From: Tubiluchus corallicola
Lineage: Eukaryota > Animalia > Priapulida
Length of the DNA stretch: 54,828 nt
Assembly (NCBI GenBank): GCA_030141605.1
Contig: JAQGDQ010001214.1
Span: forward strand, 1-54,828
Direction of reading: 5' to 3'
A program made the translations under genes and the position numbers. The notes below the pieces were generated by a model, which made no database searches, had not been told where the DNA came from, and was given only the letters and a program-made list of their open reading frames with translations. Positions 46,757 through 54,828 of this stretch are shown here, piece after piece (the first letter of the stretch is position 1; each line of letters begins with the position of its first letter).

Positions 46757-48717
46757 ACACATAGTCACCTAGTGCTTGACCTGCAGTTGATGATGAACAC
46801 CTAGTCACCTAGTGCTTGACCTGCAGTTGATGATGAACACCTAGTCACCTAGTGCTTGACCCGCAGTTGATGATGAACACTTAGTCACCTAGTGCTTGAC
46901 CCGCAGTTGATGATGAACACATAGTCACCTAGTGCTTGAGCTGCAGTTGATGATGAACACCTAGTCACCTAGTGCTTGAGCTGCAGTTGATGATGAACAC
47001 CTAGTCACCTAGTGCTTGACCTGCAGTTGATGATGAACACCTAGTCACCTAGTGCTTGACCTGCAGTTGATGATGAACACCTAGTCACCTAGTGCTTGAC
47101 CTGCAGTTGATGATGAACACCTAGTCACCTAGTGCTTGACCTGCAGTTGATGATGAACACCTAGTCACCTAGTGCTTGACCTGCAGTTGATGATGAACAC
47201 CTAGTCACCTAGTGCTTGAGCTGCAGTTGGTGATGAACACCTAGTCACCTAGTGCTTGACCTGCAGTTCATGATGAACACCTAGTCACCTAGTGCTTGAC
47301 CTGCAGTTGATGATGAACACCTAGTCACCTAGTGCTTGAGCTGCAGTTGATGATGAACACCTAGTCACCTAGTGCTTGAGCTGCAGTTGATGATGAACAC
47401 CTAGTCACCTAGTGCTTGACCTGCAGTTGATGATGAACACCTAGTCACCTAGTGCTTGAGCTGCAGTTGATGATGAACACCTAGTCACCTGGTGCTTGAC
47501 CTGCAGTTGATGATGAACACCTAGTCACCTAGTGCTTGACCTGCAGTTGATGATGAACACCTAGTCACCTAGTGCTTGAGCTGCAGTTGATGATGAACAC
47601 CTAGTCACCTAGTGCTTGACCTGCAGTTGATGATGAACACCTAGTCACCTAGTGCTTGACCTGCAGTTGATGATGAACACCTAGTCACCTAGTGCTTGAG
47701 CTGCAGTTGGTGATGAACACCTAGTTACCTAGTGCTTGACCCGCAGTTGATGATGAACACCTAGTCACCTAGTGCTTGAGCTGCAATTGATGATGAACAC
47801 CTAGTCACCTAGTGCTTGACCTGCAGTTGATGATGAACACCTAGTCACCTAGTGCTTGACCTGCAGTTGATGATGAACACCTAGTCACCTAGTGCTTGAC
47901 CCGCAGTTGATGATGAACACCTAGTCACCTAGTGCTTGAGCTGCAGTTGATGATGAACAACTAGTCACCTAGTGCTTGACCTGCAGTTGATGATGAACAC
48001 CTAGTCACCTAGTGCTTGACCTGCAGTTGATGATGAACACCTAGTCATCTAGTGCTTGACCCGCAGTTGATGATGAACACCTGGTCACCTAGTGCTTGAG
48101 CTGCAGTTGATGATGAACAACTAGTCACCTAGTGCTTGACCCGCAGTTGATGATGAACACCTGGTCGCCTAGTGCTTGAGCTGCAGTTGATGATGAACAA
48201 CTAGTCACCTAGTGCTTGACCTGCAGTTGATGATGAACACCTGGTCACCTAGTGCTTGAGCTGCAGTTGATGATGAACACCTGGTCACCTAGTGCTTGAG
48301 CTGCAGTTGATGATGAACACCTAGTCACCTAGTGCTTGACCTGCAGTTGATGATGAACACCTAGTCACCTAGTGCTTGACCCGCAGTTGATGATGAACAC
48401 CTGGTCACCTAGTGCTTGAGCTGCAGTTGATGATGAACAACTAGTCACCTAGTGCTTGACCTGCAGTTGATGATGAACACCTAGTCACCTAGTGCTTGAG
48501 CTGCAGTTGATGATGAACACCTAGTCACCTAGTGCTTGAGCTGCAGTTGATGATGAACACCTAGTCACCTAGTGCTTGACCCGCAGTTGATGATGAACAC
48601 CTAGTCACCTAGTGCTTGACCCGCAGTTGATGATGAACACCTAGTCACCAAGTGCTTGACCTGCAGTTGATGATGAACACCTAGTCACCTAGTGCTTGAG
48701 CTGCAGTTGGTGATGAA
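46757..48717. repeat. 40-bp minisatellite x ~49 whose terminal unit is coding and contains the putative donor
   Basis: Unit ctagtcacctagtgcttga(c/g)ctgcagttgatgatgaacac. Confidence 0.96.
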
Positions 48718-48886
48718 TCGGGTAACATAAAAAAAGGATCGCCTTGAATTTCACGTCGACTGAAGAATGAGGCACGTGTCCTGCACCACATGAAGAACGC
48801 GACGCAGGACGCCATTACAATGATTAAAATAAGTCCCACTGAGAAGCACATGCCAGTGATGACCATCCCCACATCTTCTCCGGCCT
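48689..48886 (-). CDS. Transmembrane exon
   Basis: ttgcag|(K)AGEDVGMVITGMCFSVGLILIIVMASCVAFFMWCRTR..PDSSPTAAQAL+G|GTGACT; if not spliced, it stops at TAG 48681. Confidence 0.8.
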
Positions 48887-49256
48887 CTGCAATATAAATG
48901 AACATGATGCAAGTATAATTTCATAATTATGTGGTTTTGATCACAGATGGCAGCACAGTACTGTAATGGCATTTTGCATGCTCTTGGAAGGGATATAGCA
49001 AAGCTGTAATGATGTGTATTCTGGTCTCTATAATTAAATGAATATAAAATAAGATAGTATAACTTCATAATTGTAATGTGGTTTTGAACATAGATGGCAG
49101 CACAGTACTGTAATGGCATTTTGCATGCTCTTGGAAGGGATATAGCAAAGTTGTAATGATGTGTATTCTGGTCTCTATAATTTAAATGAATATAAAACAA
49201 GATAGTAGAACTTCATAATTGTAATGTAGTTTTGAACATAGATGGCAGCACAGTAC
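48883..49256. repeat. ~147-bp tandem repeat x ~2.5 overlapping the TM exon acceptor
   Basis: cagcacagta recurs at 48951, 49098 and 49246. Confidence 0.88.
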
Positions 49257-49586
49257 AGCACATTTTTCGAATAAAGGGTTCCAAAGAGCGACCCTTATCT
49301 CAAATAAAGGGCCCTTACCAATAAATAAAGGGCACAAATAGGGACCCTTTATCTCAAATAAAAGGCCTCAAACAAGGGCCTTTTACTCAAATAAAAGCGC
49401 TCAAACAGGGACCCTTTATCTCCAATGAGGAGCCAATTCATGGCTTCCTGTTTTAAAGTTGGAATTTTATTTTAAGTTGCATGAACTATTCAGAAATGCA
49501 ATGATTCACCAAGCTTGAAGGGTCCTGCTGCAGCCTACACTAGCCTACAGGGTAACCCAGCGCTGCATATTTGAGCATCCACTTAC

Positions 49587-49692
49587 TTATGTGACGTCGT
49601 CTGGAAACACATTTGCCAAGTTGCGGACATTTAGGGCTTCCACATTCAAATGTGACAGTTTTGCACATCTGGTCAGGTGGACAAATTACACC
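49587..49692 (-). CDS. Cys-rich exon following the antistasin module
   Basis: ttgcag|GVICPPDQMCKTVTFECGSPKCPQLGKCVSRRRHI+A|GTAAGT; phase 0 to 1. Confidence 0.85.
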
Positions 49693-50012
49693 CTGCAAGT
49701 GAAAATATAAACAAATGATAAGAATACTATTTTTGTGCATATAGCAGAAACACACGTGTTAGCAAAGCAAATGAATAAGGACATATCCTGCCTTTTAACA
49801 AAAAGAAAATCTTTGCCAATTTTCCAAAGTGTCGCAGTTGAAATTAGAACTTTTAAAAGAAAACTAAAAATTCATCTTTTTAAGCAGCATTTTAATGTAT
49901 AAGAGGTGAAGGTTTTGTAGATTTTTTTACGATTTACAAACAGGTCTTATAGGTTTTAGAACTTTTTATCTAAATGTATTGAAAAAGTGCTTTATAAATA
50001 ATTAAATAAATA

Positions 50013-50049
50013 CATTATTATTATTATTATTATTATTACTACAACTATG

Positions 50050-50084
<35 letters not shown>

Positions 50085-50091
50085 GACTACG

Positions 50092-50131
<40 letters not shown>

Positions 50132-50396
50132 TTATAATAATAATAATTATTATTACTATTACTACTACTATCATTATTATTATTATTATTATTATTACAA
50201 TTACTATTATTATTACTATTATTATTATTATTATTATTACTACAACTATGACTACTACTACTACTACTATTATAATTATTATTATTACTACTACTACTAC
50301 TACTTTTATAATTATTATTATTACTATTACTATTAATATTACTATTATTACTACTACTACTACTACTACTACTACTATTATTATTATTACTATTAC

Positions 50397-50475
<79 letters not shown>

Positions 50476-50505
50476 AATATTAATATTATTACTACTACTA
50501 TTACT
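50013..50505. repeat. Compound (ATT)/(ACT) microsatellite
   Basis: Directly visible. Confidence 0.95.
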
Positions 50506-50737
50506 GATTCATGTTGTTTTCATCAACAATATGCTTATGTTAGCTAACAGTTCATTTTAACTAGAAAAAGTGCAACACACAATTGTACTGATGTTGTTAA
50601 ATCAACTTGTACGCAAAAGTCTTAGACACGATCCCAGTACAATTTAAAAAATACCTTGCCCAACTTATTCTCTTGAATGTGTAGTAAAATGATCTCACAG
50701 TAACATAGGAATTGATCTGTACCAAATAGTACTAACA

Positions 50738-51368
50738 GTGTGGTCGCTTAGCAAAATCATCCATAAGTCGGCAATTAAGTTTTTCTAGTTATTCACTATT
50801 TCATGAGGATCATTTTGATACCAAGTTCATTGCTCTGTGTTATTTCTAAGCTGAGATAATCCACGTTGAAGTTGAGGTTCAGGTTACACACTGAAAAACA
50901 TAACCTTGAGAAATTCACTGTTAAAATCAGCCGTTGTTTTTTGTCGCGTTTCTACAAAACACTTAGCAACCGTACAAATGTTGGTTGTTATGGACTTTGC
51001 AAGAACACATTGAAGTTACGTTTAAATCCAGTAGATGGCTCTTCCTGACAAAGATCTGGGCTTGACAACAGGAAAACCCGAAGCAAAATGACCTCTTCCA
51101 AGGAGCAACTATCAGAGTTTCTCACAAGTGCAGTACTAGTTTCTAGCCAAAAAGTGAGTACGGGGTTATAAAATTAGATTTTTGTATTTTTTAACATTTT
51201 CCTGATGATTTGATGCTAGAATATAGAAGTCCATGATATTTAGCTTTGGTTTTTGCAAAATACGAAACATCGACATTTGACCAAATTTATGGTGCTTTCT
51301 ACTTTGAAGCATCATAACGTAGTTTTACCTATGCCGACTTATGGACGGTTTTGGTTTGCAAGCACACA
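50738..51368 (+). mobile_element. MITE-like family R1, copy 3
   Basis: See 13120-13768. Confidence 0.75.
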
Positions 51369-51532
51369 ATTACAATTTCTACATGACCCTCTAATGACAA
51401 AGCTGGTTTTCGAAACCAGTTAGCTTGGCACCCACAAAAGTTTACGGCAGATATCCTAAGCAATGCGGGTGAAAACCTGGAATTTGCATTTTTGGATTTT
51501 GGAAAAACAGTGCAAGTTTAATGAGAACTTAC

Positions 51533-51651
51533 CTCGCAAGGGGATGGTTTGCACTTGCATGTAGGACACAATGTTTTCTCTTCAGTCTGATAGCCGTGAG
51601 TACAGTTCTCCTTGCAATACTTCACGTTCTTCACCTTGCATAATTGAATAT
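51533..51651 (-). CDS. Antistasin-like domain exon
   Basis: gtttag|(D)IQLCKVKNVKYCKENCTHGYQTEEKTLCPTCKCKPSPCE|GTAAGT; phase 1 to 0. Confidence 0.85.
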
Positions 51652-51696
51652 CTAAACAAGAAAATAAATGTTTGTGTAAACATATAGACAAACAAA

Positions 51697-52255
<559 letters not shown>

Positions 52256-52433
52256 ATCACCGTAAGTTGATGAGCGATGATTCGTACTTCTATACTAATA
52301 AAACTACATCCGTTAGGTAAGAGATTCAGTGGATTAATTGTGTCAAAACGCTTCGATACGAAACTTGATCTATTAAGCGGCATCAACCTTATAACAAAAG
52401 AAAATTAAACTTCTTAGAACATCTTCACCAAAC

Positions 52434-52631
52434 CTGGTAAACATAGAGCAATTACTGAAGATCCAGGTCTCAAAGTGCTTGGCACCGGAACGCCGTGTTT
52501 GTTTACGCACCACTGGTAGCCTGTAGTGTAACTAATCTGTACACGTTTGTAGGCACCGGTGGTGCTGAGGCACTGCGGTCGTCGAACCTTGGAGTTTTTC
52601 AGATACGAGTTTACCACATCTGTCTCACATG
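52434..52631 (-). CDS. Thyroglobulin type-1 domain exon
   Basis: tttcag|(A)CETDVVNSYLKNSKVRRPQCLSTTGAYKRVQISYTTGYQWCVNKHGVPVPSTLRPGSSVIALCLP+G|GTTTGG; PxC..GxY..Q and WCVxxxG motifs; phase 1 to 1. Confidence 0.85.
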
Positions 52632-53499
52632 CTGAAACATAAGGTTACGTTATGCTGTTATGTTGCTACATGTCTCACACTGTTTTAGTAAACATGAATG
52701 TAGAGAAGCATACATCTGTCTCACATGCTGAAACATAAGGTTACGTTATGTTGTTATGTTGCTACATGTCTCTCACTGTCTTAGTAAACATGAATGTAGA
52801 GAAGCATACATCTGTCTCACATGCTGAAACATAAGGTTACGTTATGTTGTTATGTTGCTACATGTCTCTCACTGTCTTAGTAAACATGAATGTAGAGAAG
52901 CATACATCTGTCTCACATGCTGAAACATAAGGTTACGTTATGTTGTTATGTTGCTACATGTCTCACACTGTTTTAGTAAACTTGACTGTAGAGAAGCATA
53001 CATCTGTCTCACATGCTGAACCATAAGGTTACGTTATGTTGTTATGTTGCTACATGTCTCACACTGTTTTAGTAAACTTGACTGTAGAGAAGCATACATA
53101 GTAAGCTATAAACATGCAGAAACATAAGATTATCTTATGTTGCTATGTTGTTACATGTTTCATACCGTCTTAGTAAATTTGACTGTAAAGAAGCATACAT
53201 AGTAAGCTATAAACATGCAAAAACATAAGATTATCTTATGTTGCTATGTTGTTACATGTCTCACACTGTCTTAGTAAACGTGAATGTAGAGAAGCATACA
53301 TAGTATGCTATAAAAATGATGCAACATAGATTATCTTATGTTGCTATGTTGTTACATGTTTCATACCGTCTTAGTAAATTTGACCGTAGAGAAGCATACA
53401 TAGTAAGCTATAAACATGCAAAAACATAAGATTATCTTATGTTGCTATGTTGTTACATGTCTCACACTGTCTTAGTAGACGTGAATGTAGAGAAGCATA
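52616..53499. repeat. 96-bp x5 plus ~101-bp x4 tandem array overlapping the thyroglobulin exon acceptor
   Basis: acatctgtctcacatgctgaa at 52616, 52712, 52808, 52904 and 53000; variant units from 53096. Confidence 0.92.
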
Positions 53500-54024
53500 G
53501 ACAATAGGCAATTAACATAGTGAAACGCAATAGTACACCAAGGCCTGAGAAACATTTGCACCACTTGTGTAGTTTAGAAACGGTTCATACCAAAAACATT
53601 AAATTGATACAATTTCAATGGTCAAGCTTGTACTCTTTGCGGTCCAGCCTAAAAGTCAGGTGTTGCAAATGGGGCTATATGGAAAATAATTTCAACTAAA
53701 TCTCTGTACTATGTTTTTACGCGTCAACAAATACGGTGACTTTTGAAATTGTTTGCCACTCCAGCATTCATCTGCAGGACGGGCTTGATTGTGGTGGGAC
53801 GAGAACTTTGCTCGTTTTCGAGAATGCTCCTCTGAAACAAGTCGCTGAAGAGCGCCTTAGTCACGATTAGACATTCACATCCTCCCTGAAAGTGGTGAAC
53901 ATCAAGTGAAACCATCCACAAGCAGTTTTCCTGATAGTCACCTATCCATTCACCGACCAGGCGCCACTGGTTGCTTAAATTCAGCTGCCGAGCGCATGCG
54001 GCAGCCACTTGATCCACTCCTTAC

Positions 54025-54266
54025 CAGTTAACTTGGGTCTTTGACAATGCCCAGTTGTTGGTCCGCATGCAGATAGGTGGCAGCACTTTTCTTCGCCCAG
54101 GCAGGCGCTGTCTTTTGAGCATGGATTACTCGGGCAGTGACTCTTCCTGTAATGTTTGTGGTCGACACATTTTCCTGGCTTCGCATCTGCAATGTTAAAT
54201 CCAGTTAAATGCCTGTATGGAGGAGGCTGCTTTTCTAATGCTGTAGCACTCTGGTCAGGAAAAATC
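54025..54266 (-). CDS. WAP (four-disulfide core) domain exon
   Basis: ..ADAKPGKCVDHKHYRKSHCPSNPCSKDSACLGEEKCCHLSACGPTTGHCQRPKLT+G|GTAAGG. 5' boundary uncertain (aag| at 54266 or cag| at 54186). Confidence 0.8.
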
Positions 54267-54276
54267 CTTGAAAATA

Positions 54277-54644
54277 CAGGTTATCCTGGAAAGTCATGGA
54301 AAATTCCGGGAAAAAGACAATTTGGAAAAAATTCAGGGAAAATGGGGAGAATAGTCAGGGAAATTGGAAAGGGTTGCAAAAATAATCACCGTGAACCAAC
54401 AATTTTCTAAATAGATTTTTCAGCAACTCGTATTTTGCTATGGCAGGCTTCCAGTTTTGATTTCTGTTCCAAAAATAATGATGGGCCGACATTATATATC
54501 AGTATATGTATGAATGTCCGAGCACAAAAATGTTTGAATATGTTTACTGGTAATACAATTTCTGCCTATCTTGGTCAGGGAAAAGTCAACATTTGATCAG
54601 GGAAAAGTCTGGGAAATTTATGTGAAAATTCTGTGGGAACCCTG
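54277..54644. mobile_element. TA-flanked MITE-like element with GGAAA-rich subterminal repeats
   Basis: TA|CAGGTTATCC.. (degenerate left end) ... GTGGGAACCCTG|TA; repeated caggga/ggaaa motifs near both ends. Confidence 0.55.
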
Positions 54645-54794
54645 TATGAAGTTCTTGGAAGTTCCTGCTGTTCTGTAACACATGGATTCATAGAATTTCA
54701 GGTACAGCAAGTAAAGCAATGCAAAGCACAAGAAAATACTTTTCACAAATAGAGCTTAAAAAACTTGTCTTGAAATTTTATATCACATACATAC

Positions 54795-54828
54795 CGTCTT
54801 ATTGCAGACAGGATGTCAATCAGCAGCA
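54795..54828 (-). CDS. Membrane protease-inhibitor-domain protein, partial upstream exon (possible end of signal peptide)
   Basis: ..LLIDILSAIR+CG|GTATGT, phase 2, compatible with the next exon; truncated by the window edge. Confidence 0.45.

Noticed and set aside
53724-54017. 97-aa ORF as an extra exon
   Set aside because: No recognisable domain or clean splice pair; the WAP and thyroglobulin exons join in phase without it.

Overview
AT-rich, intron-rich animal (invertebrate-type) nuclear DNA. All gene models below were built by hand from splice sites and phases; family assignments come from motif recall, not searches. Minus strand: (i) 5' part of HIP1/HIP1R (8 phase-consistent coding exons, 21745->4910, ANTH domain, one U12-type intron). 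It is followed by a foldback rearrangement with two inverted exon-7 copies and a second exon 6. (ii) Complete 5-exon NIF3L1. (iii) CCDC77 with an intronless CDS. (iv) A type-I membrane protein with WAP + thyroglobulin-1 + antistasin-like modules, running off the right edge. Plus strand: a decayed guanylate-cyclase pseudogene and a CENP-Q-like gene whose last exon has in-frame TAG stops. Mobile DNA: tRNA-derived SINEs, a 5S-rRNA-headed SINE with an apparently RTE-derived body, a tandemised LINE 3' end, and hAT-, piggyBac- and TA-type MITEs. The most striking pattern is that the larger intronic minisatellite arrays are anchored on, or built from, splice signals (acceptors, a donor, a branch region, a CAG|GTGAG motif) in three different genes.
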